From: Hypanus sabinus
Taxonomy: Eukaryota
Reading direction: 5' to 3'
Assembly (NCBI RefSeq): GCF_030144855.1
Contig: NC_082731.1
Coordinates: 16,244,001-16,308,000, forward strand
Length of the DNA stretch: 64,000 nt
Shown: positions 12,485 through 25,112 of the stretch, in pieces
Layout: the number at the start of each line of letters is the position of its first letter
Numbering within the stretch: position 1 is the stretch's first letter
Translations under genes and position numbers: made by a program
The notes under the pieces: model-generated
The model's input: the letters and a program-made list of their open reading frames with translations, nothing else
Told to the model about the DNA's origin: nothing
Databases searched by the model: none

Positions 12485-13250
12485 ATAGACAATAGGTGCA
12501 GGAGTAGGCCATTCGGCCCTTCTAACCAGCACTGCCATTCACTGTGATCATGGCTGATCATACACAATCAGTACCCCGTTCCTGCCCTCTCCCCATATCC
12601 CTTGACCCCGCAAGAGCTCTATCTAACTCTCTCTTGAATGCATCCAGAGACCTGGCCTCCACTGCCTTCTGGGGCAGAGCATTCCACATATCCACCACTC
12701 TCTGGGTGAAAAAGTTTTTCTGCATCTCTGTTCTAAATGGCCTACCCCTTATTCTTAAACTGTGGCCTCTAGTTCTGGACTCACCCATCAGCGGGAACAT
12801 GCTTCCTGCCTCCAGCGTGTCCAATCCCTTAATAATCTTATATGTCTCAATCAGATCCCCTCTCATCCTTCTAAATTCCAGTGTATACAAGCCCAGTCGC
12901 TCCAATCTTTCAACATATGACAGTCCCGCCATTCCGGGAATTAACCTTGTGAACCTACGCTGCACTCCCTCAATAGCAAGAATGTCCTTCCTCAAATTTG
13001 GAGACCAAAACTGCATACAATACTCCAGGTGGGGTCTCACCAGGGCCCTGTACAGCTGCAGAAGGACCTCTTTACTCCTATACTCAATTCCTCTTGTTAT
13101 AAAGGCCAACATGCCATTAGCTTTCTTCACTGCCTGCTGTACCTGCATGCTTGCTTTCATTGACCGATGTATAAGAACACCTAGATCGCGTTGTGCTTCC
13201 CCTTTTCCTAAATTGACTGCATTTAGATAGTAATCTGCCTTCCTGTTCTA
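12485..13250 (-). mobile_element. Young 5'-truncated CR1 LINE
   Basis: Largely open RT C-terminal ORF 12558-13160 (LYRALVRPHLEYCMQFWSP...FFTQRVVDMWNALP); CTATTGTCTAT tail. Confidence 0.9.
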
Positions 13251-13264
13251 TTGTCTATTGTCTC

Positions 13265-13490
13265 CGCCTCACGACCCACACCCGGACGCCGGGAGATTTT
13301 CTGCCGAGGAGCGAAGCTGCTGCGCCATTTCTGTGGCGCATGCGCCTCGGCAGGGCCGCGGCGGGCATCTCCTCCTTGTCACTTTCGGGGTATTGAGACA
13401 GTCCTGGGTGACCCTTCCAGCCTTTTTCCCCCCAGTAAGTGCCGGCGCAGGGAATGGGAGCGGGAGCATCTCTCAGACGCTGCCGAGTTA
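13265..13490 (+). promoter_or_regulatory. Duplicated copy of the ZNF B first exon/promoter
   Basis: Close copy of 10900-11095 that keeps GCGCCATTT, GCGCATGCGC and the CCA|GTAAGT donor. Confidence 0.75.
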
Positions 13491-14470
13491 CAGTTACAAA
13501 GAATAATTACAAAGTCATGTGATGTGATTTGCTCTTTGCAGTGGAGTGGGACTTGACCAGATCTAGAAATAATTTCATTGGAGAGAGACAAACTGAGCCA
13601 AGTCACAGATTGAAAATTTGACAGAAATGTCCATTCTGATACAGACAATAAAACAGAGAATTTGATGGTCAGTCTAGGTTCCCAGTTCCTCCAGTTTGTG
13701 TTGAACCTCACTGTAACAGTGTGATGTCAGAGTTTACCTTAGAGAGTATAAGAAACTCGTCTCAAGTGTTGTTATTTACCCATTCGTGTCTTTTGTAAAT
13801 CTTTTTACAGGTTAGAAACGGCAAAGGATTTGTGTACGGGAATCTCGCACACAACAACCAGTCAGTTCTGCTGCGTCTGCCCAGATATATAACGAGAGAC
13901 CTGATTTTACATTGTAACACCAGTATTTCTGCTGTTGATTGTTGGAGATGAATATGGCTTTCACCCAGATCCAAATGTGCTTTGTCTTTGAAGTGAGGTT
14001 TTCTGTTTAAATTCAGTGAAATCCACTGGAACCGGGGTGCTGAGAGCATCCCCAACATTTGTTCACCAGAGATTAGTTCTTCATCTGCATTGATTGTTCG
14101 AGGAATTCAGTACGTCTCTCATCTGACTTGGTGACCCCCTCCCCCCGGAGAATTGAGAGCAGGGAGATATCATTCGTCAGCTCTCAGTGGGAGAAGGGAT
14201 TCAGTCACTCAGCCCACCCACCGACACACCAGGGGGTTCACAGTGTGGAGAGGCCATTCACCAGCTCTGAGTGTGGGAGGGATATATTCAGCCATCCAGC
14301 CTGAAGATCCATCAGCAAGTTCACACCATAGTGAGAGTGTACACCATTTCCATCAGTGAGAATAGCTTCACTCGCTCCACCCTCTGCAGGCACACCAATG
14401 TGCCCACAACGGAGAGGGCTCATTCATCTGTTCCATGTGAGGAAAAGGATTTGCTAATTCATACCCTGGG

Positions 14471-15769
14471 ATGAGTCACCAGCAAGTCCACCTCGAGCAG
14501 AGGCCATTCTCTTGCTCAGACTGCGGAAAGGCATATATTCGGTCATTCGATCTGCGGAGGCACCAGAGAGTCCACACCGGGGAGAGGCCGTACATCTGCT
14601 CTGAGTGTGGGAAGGGATTCACCCGGTCATCCTACCTACAGGCACACCAGTCAGTTCACACTGGGGAGAGGCCGTTCACCTGCTCAGACTGTGGGAAGGC
14701 ATTCACTCGGTCATCCGCCCTACAGACACACCGGTCAGTTCACACTGGGGAGAGACCATTCATCTGCTCAGACTGTGGGAAGGGATTCACTCGGTCATCC
14801 TACCTACAGACGCACCAGTTAGTTCACAGTGGGGAAAGACCGTTCATCTGCTCGGACTGTGGGAAGGGATTCACTCACCCATCTCGCCTACAGACACACC
14901 AGCGAGTTCACACAGGGGAGAGGCCATTTATCTGTTCTGTTTGTGGGAAGAGCTTCACACGGTCGTCAGATCTGTTGACACACGAGCGATTTCACACTGG
15001 GGAGAGGCCATACATCTGCTCTGTCTGTGGGAAGGGGTTCACTCGGTCATCTGATCTGCTGACACACCAGCGAGTTCACACTGGGGAGAGACCGTTCACC
15101 TGCTTAGATTGCGGGAAGGGATTCACTCAGTCATCCCAACTGAAGATACATCAGCGAGTTCACTCCGGGGAGAGGCCATTCATCTGCTCAGAGTGTGGGA
15201 AGACATTTACCCACCCATCTCACCTGCAGAAACACCAGCGAGTTCACACTGGGGAGAGACCATTTATCTGTTCCGTGTGTGGGAAGAGCTTCACTTGGTC
15301 ATCTGATCTATTGACACACCAGCGAGTTCACACTGGGGAGAGGCCGTACACTTGTTCTGAATGTGGGAAGCATTTCAGTCGGTTGTCCCATTTGCAGACA
15401 CACCAGACAGTTCACACTGGGTGGAGACCGTTTACTTGCTCTGAATGTGGGAAGGGATTCACCCGGTCATCCCACCTACAGAGGCACCAGTCAGTTCACA
15501 CTGGGGAGAGGCCATTCAGTTGCTCAGTCTGTGGAAAGGGATTCACTCAGTCATCTGACCTGCTAGCACACCAGTCGGTTCACACCGGGGAGAGGCCGTT
15601 CACCTGCTCAGATTGTGGGAAGGGATTTTCGCTGTCATCTCAACTGAAGGTCCATCAGCGAGTTCACACTGAGGAGAGGCCATTTACCTACACTGAATGT
15701 GGGAAGGGATTCACTCAATTATCCCACCTTGTGAAGCACTTCCAAGTTCACACTGTGGAAAAGGTTTAA
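14471..15769 (+). CDS. C2H2 zinc-finger protein (paralog B), 14 intact fingers plus 1 degenerate, no effector domain visible
   Basis: 432-aa ORF of tandem CxxC..H..H repeats with TGERPF linkers; acceptor at 13810/13811; AATAAA 15956-15961. Confidence 0.92.
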   Translation: MSHQQVHLEQRPFSCSDCGKAYIRSFDLRRHQRVHTGERPYICSECGKGFTRSSYLQAHQSVHTGERPFTCSDCGKAFTRSSALQTHRSVHTGERPFICSDCGKGFTRSSYLQTHQLVHSGERPFICSDCGKGFTHPSRLQTHQRVHTGERPFICSVCGKSFTRSSDLLTHERFHTGERPYICSVCGKGFTRSSDLLTHQRVHTGERPFTCLDCGKGFTQSSQLKIHQRVHSGERPFICSECGKTFTHPSHLQKHQRVHTGERPFICSVCGKSFTWSSDLLTHQRVHTGERPYTCSECGKHFSRLSHLQTHQTVHTGWRPFTCSECGKGFTRSSHLQRHQSVHTGERPFSCSVCGKGFTQSSDLLAHQSVHTGERPFTCSDCGKGFSLSSQLKVHQRVHTEERPFTYTECGKGFTQLSHLVKHFQVHTVEKV

Positions 15770-17774
15770 ATCAGTTGCAAGATGGAAATTTAAGCACCCC
15801 TGCCGAATCCAGAGACAAGTTCAAAGATGACTGTTGATGTCAGAATCTGCAATGATCACTGCTGCTCATCACCCCCTGGTCACTGGGCCTGAGAGGAGTT
15901 CCTTCTGCTGTTCACCTCTATTTCGATTGGAGTTTAATATCCTGGTTCTGTTACAAATAAATCAGGTCTATTTTAAATGCTGTGTCGGGTACTTATTTAA
16001 TCTGCAACACACTCAGTGCACTATAGAGCGTCAGCTTAACTCAGCTAGTCCCCCTCCATGTTTCCATTCCATGACTCTCCTGTTAAATTCATCCCTGATG
16101 CTCACCTCTTGCTCTATCTGTGGTGAGATAGTCTCCACTCTATGGGTGAAGAGGTTTCACTTGAATTTCCCGCTCGTCTTTCTGCGGACCGAAAGAGAAG
16201 AAGGCGAGCTCCCTGTGGTTGGCTAGACGTGCCCTTCAACTCTCAAACGTCTGGGCTGGCAAAGAATTGGTTGTTAACCCTCCTCATTCCCTGCTCTTCG
16301 CAACATTGCGGGTCACGCAGTACTTTCGATGGGCTGCGTCTCCCACAGCTGGTTGTTACAGTACACCGCTGTCCTCTGAAGGTGAGTGGGGGACCATTAG
16401 TTGGATGTTGAGTGAGGGCAGGATTTGCGGCTCTGGACTGGTGGGGGTAAGAGCGTAAGATGATGAAGGATGAAACCAGGAGCTGTGACAACCAAAGGCA
16501 GAATACCACATTTGGAAGCTGATTGACAGAAAAGCAATGGTCGACTTTGTGACACACGCGATCCTTAATGACATTGAGTATGTTGGTTACGGGAGCTTCC
16601 TGTGTTCAACTGTATACCGAGTTTTAATAAGAATATTGATTGCATTGGTGCCATTTCACAGAAGGAAGGCAATACTTGTAAACGCGTTGTTCTTACCCAG
16701 AGAGCTCTGAGCTTAAGAATTCGCTGCAACTGGGAATCAAGCATGCGGGTGAGTGTCCAAAGTTGTGCTAAAAGGCACTCAGTGGACAACAGATTCTGGG
16801 TGTTTGGCAGCAGGGAGGGGAGGGGTTCCAGGCTGGAACCGAGGGTGATGGAAGGATTTGGGACGCAACCAAAATGATTTCTCTGAGTTCATCTCAGATT
16901 GTAAATTTCTAATAAATCTTTCAGACAAGTAAGGAAGCAATTTTCTACCAATTGAAGTGGAACATTGTGATCAGGTGCAATGTCAGACCGGCTGATGTCC
17001 ATATCTCGATAGATGATAATAGTTGAGACTGTCCCAAAAGAAGGTACTAGTTCCATATTCCAGTGAATTAAAATGTCATTTAGAACTGGATGGAGAAAAT
17101 CTCCTTCCAGCATCATTTTCGGTTCTTCAGTAAGTCACTTTTGTTGAACGTTATCTGGTTCTGGAACCTGCCAAGCAAGACCATTGTTTCTTCCATTTTG
17201 TCTGCGTGTATAATGATAATAAACACCTCAGTCTTGGGGGACGAGTCCTGTAGCATTCACACCTCAAAAGGTCCTCACATTGACGGTCTCCATTGCCACT
17301 GTGGAGTTCACCACCGTCAATCACCTCGGGGTCACACTGATCAGAAAATCTCCAGGAGCAGGCGTGTAAGTACTGTGTGCTCCTAGTGGGACGTGTCCAC
17401 GTGTTAGACTGTAGCAGTGGGTAGAGACGCAGATAATTGACTGGGTTGACCCATTATGATATGGACAGGTAGACAGTCACAGAATTTAACGGTGAGCACA
17501 AATGCCGAAGGATGAGGATTTGTTCTCTTAAATTGTGTAGAGCCTCACTCTAACAGTGTGATGTCAGAACTCAACTTGAAGACTAATGTCTCCTCTGAAA
17601 TGTCCGTCCTTAACCTAGTGATGTTATTTGTAGACTTTTTACAGGGTAGAAATGACGAAGGATTTATTTGCAGCAAAGTCAAACACGAGAACATATCATT
17701 TCTGCTATGAATATGGGTTCACCAGCAGTTGAAGAATACCATCGATCTTGGGATGTGGTGGTACAGATGTATCT

Positions 17775-18520
17775 CGTAGGAAAAGGGGAGATGCAACGAG
17801 ACCTGGGTGTCATTGTACACCAGTCATTGAAGGTGGGCATGCAGGTACAGCAGGCAGTGAAAAAGGCAAATGGTATGTTGGCATTCATAGCAAAAGGATT
17901 TGAGTACAGGAGCAGGGAGGTTCTACTGCAGTTGTACAAGGCCTTGGTGAGACCGCACCTAGAATATTGTGTGCAGTTTTGGTCCCCTAATCTGAGGAAA
18001 GACATTCTTGCCATAGAATGAGTACAGAGAAGGTTCACCAGATTGAATCCTGGGATGGCAGGACTTTCATATGAAGAAAGACTAGATCGACTAGGCTTAC
18101 ACTCTCTGGAATTTAGAAGATTGAGGAGGGATCTTATTGAAACGTATAAAATTCTAAAGGGATTGGACAGGCAAGATGCAGGAAGGTTGTTTCCGATGTT
18201 GGGGAAGTCCAGAACGAGGGGTCAGAGTTTAAGGATAAAGGGGAAGCCTTTTAGGACCGAGATGAGGAAAAACTTCTTCACACAGAGAGTGGTGAATCTG
18301 TGGAATTCTCTGCCACAAGAAACAGTTGTGGCTGGTTCATTGGCTATATTTAAGAGGAAGTTAGATATGGCCCTTGTGGCTAAAGGGATCAGGGGGTATG
18401 GAGAGAAAGCAGGTACAGGGTTCTGAGTTGGATGATCAACCATGACCATACTGAATGGTGGTGCAGGCTCGAAGGGCCGAATGGCCTACAGCTGCACCTA
18501 TTTTCTATGTTTCTATGATA
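17775..18520 (+). mobile_element. 5'-truncated CR1 LINE
   Basis: RT C-terminal peptides in ORFs 17668-18021 and 18043-18426; (TTTCTATG)n-like tail. Confidence 0.9.
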
Positions 18521-18644
18521 GATAGCATTCAAGTCACAGCAAGGAGAACCCAGTGTAGGGGTAAGATTTGCATGACACAAGCTGGAGGTAAACCTTATAA
18601 ATTGCCTTCAAGTTATCGAAGGAGTGAACAAATATTTCCTTGGT

Positions 18645-19400
18645 GATAGACCATAAGACATAGGAGTAGAATTAGGCCATTTGGCCCATCGAGTCTGCTC
18701 TGGCACTTAATATGGCTGATCCTATTTTCCCCTGCTCTGCCCCACTCCCAGCCATGCCCAATCAAGAAACTATCAATCTCTGTCTTAGTACACCCAACAA
18801 CCTGCCCTCCACAGCTGCCTGTGGTAATAAATTCCACAAATTTGCTACCCTTTGGCTAAAGAAATGTCTCTGCATTCCTGGTTTAAATGGATGCCCTCCA
18901 TCCTGAGGCTGTACCATCTCGTCCTAGATTCCCCCAACATCCTTTCTGCATCTATTCTGTCTAGGCCTTTTAACATTTGAAATGTTTCATTGAGATCCTC
19001 ACTCATCCTAAATTCCAGCGAGTACAGACCCAGAGCCATCAAACGTTCCTCGTATGAGAACCCCTTTATCCCCAGAATCATCCGTCCGGGCCTCCTCTGA
19101 ACCCTCTCCAATGCCAGCACATCTCTTCCTAGATAAGGAGCCAAATGCCTTCCAAAGCCTCAGCATCACATACTGCTCTTGTATTCTAGACCTCTTGAAA
19201 TGAATGTTAACATTGCTTTTGCCTTCTCCGCCACTGACTCTGCCTGCAAGTTAACCTTCAGGGTGTTCTACACAAGGACTCCGAAGCCCCTTTGCATCTC
19301 AGATTGTTGGATTTCCTCCCCACGGAGAAAATCGTCCGCACATTTATTTCTGCTACCAAAGTCCGTGACCGTGCATTTTCCAACATTGTATTTCATAATA
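18645..19400 (-). mobile_element. CR1 LINE fragment
   Basis: APYLGRDVLALERVQRR..LGLYSLEFR peptide; CR1 3' tail at 18650-18710. Confidence 0.8.
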
Positions 19401-20124
19401 CCGGTGTATCATTGGTAAAGGAGACATCTCTCACCAGAACCAGGAATGTGCATTTACTTTGTATTTGGAATTGTTTTATGTTTCAAAATCTCATTTAACC
19501 CATTCGATTCAGTGCCCTGTGAACATAACAGCATATCTTTCACAGACGCTCAACTGCTTGAAGTGTGTGAGGGATTCACTTCACCATCTGCTTGCTGAGG
19601 CACCAGAGAGCGCGTAGCAAGGAAAAAGCCATGCATTTGCTCTGAGAGGGTGAATGGGTTAAGTTGCCTACCCGGCCTGGAGACACACCACGAGTTCATA
19701 CTGGGGAGAAGCCATTCCTTAGCTCGATGTGGGACTCGATTACATTGGGGAATTTGAGAGAGATCTCAGGCGGTCTGACAGCAGGAGTGGATACTGCAAG
19801 TTCACACAGCGGCATTAATTTCAAAAGAAGACTTCCGCATGAATTTCTAACCATTAGGTTTGGAGAATCCATTTGCAAGTTTAAGAGTGACTGTTGTCAG
19901 TTCCTGTAGTTATTGCTGCTGTTCATCACACTGGGCTCGGGAGGAGGTTGTTCTGATGAAATTAGCCTTTAATTGGACTGCAGTTTAATGCTGTGGCTCT
20001 GTAATGAATAAATCAGTTCTATTTTAATTCTAGTGTTTCAAGTTCTTGCTGCCTTTGCTACAAACTCTGTGCACAGTAGAGGGACCATTCTGCCCCTCTG
20101 GTCCCTGCCAGTTGTCCTGTCCCA

Positions 20125-20345
20125 CCACCCTGTAGTGATGTTCTTGTCTCTATCTCTATTCTCTCAGCTTCCCCTTCAATCCATCCTTGCCGCTCCCCTC
20201 AGTCTGTCCCTGTCGTGACGGTCACCGCTCTGGGTGAAGTGACGTCACCGCTCACCTGGTCTCCCACAACTTGGGCTCGCTCTTCCTTCAAACTTTAGTT
20301 ACTTGTGCACCGGGACAACAGTCCGGCCCCCGTCACCGAACTGTT
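20125..20345 (+). promoter_or_regulatory. CRE-containing element with roughly one minisatellite unit
   Basis: GTGACGTCAC palindrome 20239-20248; inverted homolog of 62915-63120 and 51735-51786. Confidence 0.55.
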
Positions 20346-20639
20346 CTGAAACCTCAGCTCAGAGTTGTCAGTTTTATATCGATATTGACCGGTTGAAATC
20401 TTGTGAAACTTCTAATCCCTTATTCGCAGATATATAATCCCAATCATGAGGCATTCTGACAGGTCATATTAACCGGCAAGGCTGCATGGTCCTGGATTTA
20501 ATCTGATGACAAGCAGCAAATAATATTTTAGTTTTTGTTGGAGTGATTGTCCAATGGAAAATGCTTCTCGCTCCTTCATTACATGTCCGTCTGCTCAGGT
20601 CCTGGGCGTCTGCTGTACAAAGAAGATCTGTTCCTCCAA

Positions 20640-21590
20640 GGGAAGTCGAAGGGCGTCGCTGAGATGGGGGAGAGGGGGGTGAATGAACCGGGAATGGGCG
20701 GGTAAAGGGGAGGAGGTAGATTCAAAGGTAGGCAAGTCCGAAACACGGGGTGGGCGGGGAGGGGAAGGGGCAAACCTGAGGAAGAGCATTGTTAGAGGGA
20801 ATGGACAGCCCAGATACCGGGGACGTGTTGAGATGGGAGGTGCGACCCTTATGGGAAAATAGAGGAAAAGAGGCGTCCCAGAGATGTCGGTGGAGTTTGC
20901 CAGAGATCTGAGGAGATAGCGGACGACCCAGAGGAGGGAAGGTGATAAATCAGACGGAAGAATTGGACGAACTAGAGATAGTGAATTGGGAAGGGGGCAA
21001 TTCAGGGGTGGGGAGGGAAACGGTTCAATCAATAGACGTGGGGAGGACAGGAAGTGTGAAAGGTGGAAGGATGGAAAGGAGCTGGGGGTTGGGTCGGAGG
21101 GACCAAATATCAGTTGGAGGAGGATAGGGAGTGACCTAGAGACAGGATGGTGGGGGCAGACTTACAGGTGGTGAGACAAGGTAGCAGTGACCTATACAGT
21201 ATTTGGATGAATGAGGTAACGGTGTGGAGTGGGAACGGTTTGACCTAGAGAGGTGAGGATAGCAGGGAGTGACAGCGAGATCGAGAGTAGGGGGAGAAGG
21301 AAATGGAGAGACCAATAGGCAATAGCGGGGTGGAAGGGAGCGATCTGTTAATTGTGGAAAGGGGGGAAATTGGCTAAGTAGAGAGGGGGAGGGAGCGAGG
21401 GCCGGACCTAGAGAAGCTGATCAAGGGGACGGGGCTGGAGGAATAGTGTCTAGATGGAGGGGGGGAGGAGAGGTAGGTCAGGGCAGATAGGGGAAGTTGC
21501 AAGGGTGTGATCCAGAGAGTGGGTGGAAGTGGAAGGGTGACCCTTACACGATGACAGGCGGAAAGGGGGCAACAAAGAGATGGGGGGATT
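20640..21590 (+). repeat. G-rich cryptic satellite tract
   Basis: Purine/G-run-rich, with recurring GACCCAGAGA/GACCTAGAGA variants. Confidence 0.7.
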
Positions 21591-21594
21591 TGTG

Positions 21595-21730
21595 CTGTCT
21601 TCTCAAGCATCCACTGGTCCATTATCCAAAGATCGATTACATTTGAATGCTGGTGAACCAATCGTAACTGGTGTGTTGTGTCCGAGTTTGACATACACAA
21701 ATCCTTTGCCTTTCCACCCAGCAAAAGCGA
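21595..21730 (-). pseudogene. Fragment of a ZNF terminal-exon start
   Basis: Reverse complement ggaaaggcaaaggatttgtgtatg..cacaacacaccag matches 13811-13865. Confidence 0.5.
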
Positions 21731-22191
21731 GGCGAAGTCAAGATGGCATTAAGTGGCCACTCCTTCGCTCTATTCGGAAACAGCTCTATTTCTATCTTTT
21801 TCAGGGTTGGGGGGGGGGTTCTTTTGAAGACCCTGCCCTGGAGGCACACTCTGACTCCGGTTCTTTGCGGGAATGGGACCCGCTCTCAGGACCTCATGAC
21901 CGGTCGCCAAGGACGCGGCCTAGAAGACCAGCGCGACCTCAAGAGTTCCGGGATTTCCTGGCGCTGGGGACGTGCTGATTCTAGGCCGGCGCCCCTGGCT
22001 GAAGCTTCGCGGGAGAAGTTGCCGGGGGATTGTGTGCCTGGAGGGCTGCGCCTTTCTAATGCCGACTCTCCGAGCGCAGAGGTCGGAAAAACCGACGCAA
22101 CAGAGTTTTAACACCATAAATCAGCGGGTTGTTCTATTATGTCTCCCCTCTCACTGTGCAATGGGGGAGGAGGAGAGAGTGAGAGAGAGAG

Positions 22192-24923
22192 AGTAGGTGC
22201 GGAAGTAGACCATTCGGCCCCTCGAGCCTGCACCGCCATTTTGAGATCATGGCTGATCATCTACTATCAATACCCGGTTCCTGCCTTGTCCCCATATCCC
22301 TTGATTCCCCTATCCATAAAATACCTATCTAGCTCCTTCTTGAAAGCATCCAGAGAAATGGCCTCCACTACCTTCTGAGGCAGTGCATTCCAGACCCCCA
22401 CAACTCTCTGGGAGAAGAAGTTTTTCCTTAACTCTGTCCTAAATGACCTACCCCTTATTCTCAAACCATGCCCTCTAGTACTGGACTCTCCCAGCATCTG
22501 GAACATATTTCCTGCCTCTATCTTGTCCAATCCCTTAATAATCTTATATGTTGCAATCAGATCCCCTCTCAATCTCCTTAATTCCAGCATGTGCAAGCCC
22601 AGTCTCTCTAACCTCTCTGCGTAAGACAGTCCTGACATCCCAGGAATTAACCTTGTGAATCTACGCTGCACTTCCTCTACAGCCAGGATGTCCTTCCTTA
22701 ACCCTGGAGACCAAAACTGTACACAATACTCCAGGTGTGGTCTCACCAGGACCCTGTACAAATGCAAAAGGATTTCCTTGCTCTTGTACTCAATTCCCTT
22801 TGTAATAAAGGCCATCATTCCATTAGCCTTCTTCACTGCCTGCTGCACTTGCTCATTCACCTTCAATGACTGATGAACAAGGACTCCTAGATCTCTTTGT
22901 ATTTCTCCCTTACCCAACTCTACACCATTCAGATAATAATCTGCCTTCCTGTTCTTACTCCCAAAGTGGATAACCTCACACTTATTCACATTAAACGTCA
23001 TCTGCCAAGTATCTGCCCACTCACCCAGCCTATCCAAGTCACCCTGAATTCTCCTAACATCCTCATCACGTCACACTGCCACCCAGCTTAGTATCATCAG
23101 CAAACTTGCTGATGTTATTCTCAATGCCTTCACCTAAATTGTTGACGTAAATCATAAACAGCTGTGGTCCCAATACCAAGCCCTGTGGCACCCCACTAGT
23201 CACCACCTGCCATTCCGAGAAACAGCCATTCACCTCTACCCCTTGCTTTCTATCTGCCAACCAGTTTTCTATCCATGTCAATGTCTTCCCCCCAATGCCA
23301 TGAGCTCTGATTTTACCCACCAATCTCCTATGTGGGACCTTAGCAAACATCTTCTGAAAATCAAGGTACACTACATCCACTGGATTTCCCTTGTCTAACT
23401 TCCTGGTTACATCCTCGAAAAACTCCAATAGATTAGTCAAGCTTTATTTACCCTTGATAAATCCATGCTGGCTCGGCCCAATCCTATCACTGCTATCTAG
23501 ATATGCCAATATTTCATCTTTAATAATGGACTCTAGCATCTTCCCCACTACTGATGTTAGGCTGACAGGTCGATAGTTCTCTGTTTTCTCCCTCCCTCCT
23601 TTCTTAAAAAGAGGGATAACATTAGCCATCTCCAATCCTCAGGAACTGATCTTGAATCTAAGGAACATTGGAAAATGAATACCAATGCATCCACAATTTC
23701 CAGAGCCACCTCCTTTAGTACCCTAGGATGCAGACCATCTGGACCTGGGGATTTGTCAGCCTTCAGTCCCATTAGTCTACTCATCACCGTTTCCTTCCTA
23801 ATGTCAATCTGTTTCATTTCCTCTGTTACCCTATGTCCTTGACCCATCCATACCTCTGGGAGATTGCTAGTGTCTTCCTTAGTGAAGACAGATCTAAAGT
23901 ACTTATTAAATTCTTCTGCCATTTCTCTGTTTCCCATAACAATTTCACCCAATTCATTCTTCAAGGGCCCAACAGTGTTCTTAACTATCTTCTTTCTCTT
24001 CACATACCTAAAAAAGCTTTTGCTATCCTCCTTTATATTTCTGGCTAGTTTGCATTCGTAACTCATTTTTTCTCCCCGTATTGCCTTTTTAGTTAAGTTC
24101 TGTTGTTCCTTAAAAATTTCCCAATCATCTGTCCTCCCATTCACCTTAGCTCTGTCATACTTCCTTTTTTTTAATGCTATGCAATCTCTGACTTCCTTTG
24201 TCAACCACTGTGGCCCCTTTCCCCCCTTTGAATCCTTCCTTCTCCGGGGGATGAACTGATTTTGCACCTTGTGCATTATTCCCAAGAATACCTGCCATTG
24301 CTGTTCCACTGTCTTTTCTGCTAGGATATCCATCCAGTTAACTTTGGCCAGCTCCTCCCTCGTGGCTCCATAGTCTCCTTTGTTCAACTGCAACACTGAG
24401 ACCTCCGAGCTGCCCTTATCCTTCTCAAATTGCAGATAAAAACTTATATTATGGTCACTACCTCCGAATGGCTCCTTTACTGCAAGATCGCATATCAAAT
24501 CCTGTTCATTACATAACACTAAATCCAAAATAGTCTTGTCCCTGGTCGGCTCTCGTACAAGCTGTTCCAAGAATGCATCCCGTAGGCACTCTACAAACTC
24601 CCTATCCTGGGGTCCAGCACCAACCTGATTCTCCCAGTTCACCTGCATGTTGAAATCTCCCATAACGACTGCATTACCTTTAGCACATGCCAATGTTAAC
24701 TCCCTATTCAACTTGCACCCAATATCCATGCTACTGTTTGGTGGCCTATAGACAACACCCATTGGGGTCCTTTTGCCCTTACTGTTCCTCAGTTCTATCC
24801 ACACAGACTCCACTTCTCCTGACCCTATGTCCCACCTTGCAAAGGACTGAATCTCATTCCTCACCAACAGGGCCACCCCACCCCCTCTGTCCACATTTCT
24901 GTCCCTACGATAGCACGTATACC
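22192..24923 (-). mobile_element. Long young CR1 LINE: ORF2 with APE endonuclease and RT, a few frameshifts, runs into an N-gap
   Basis: GGGVALLV, VYRPPN, MGDFN, LDLVL, GSDHN endonuclease motifs; [37 protein letters not shown] motifs. Confidence 0.95.
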
Positions 24924-25112
24924 NNNNNNNNNNNNNNNNNNNNNNNNNNNNNNNNNNNNNNNNNNNNNNNNNNNNNNNNNNNNNNNNNNNNNNNNNNNNN
25001 NNNNNNNNNNNNNNNNNNNNNNNNNNNNNNNNNNNNNNNNNNNNNNNNNNNNNNNNNNNNNNNNNNNNNNNNNNNNNNNNNNNNNNNNNNNNNNNNNNNN
25101 CGGTGAACTAAT

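Larger units (their letters stand above)
16640..20030 (+). pseudogene. Decayed second ZNF gene (B') interrupted by two CR1 insertions
   Basis: Eroded promoter homolog ~16640-16850; acceptor TTTTTACAG|G at 17644/17645; finger remnants (RVHTGEKPF) 19540-19830; AATAAA 20007-20012. Confidence 0.65.

Noticed and set aside
14605-15566. Alternative-frame ORFs (MWEGIH.., MGRDS..) over the finger exons
   Set aside because: Shadow frames of the 84-bp finger repeat
20580-20660. EEQIFFVQQTP as a REC8 C-terminal exon
   Set aside because: Too short and weak, with an early stop and no convincing splice sites
21725-22190. CpG-rich segment starting GTCAAGATGGC as a gene promoter
   Set aside because: More likely the 5' region of a retroelement; the family could not be assigned by eye
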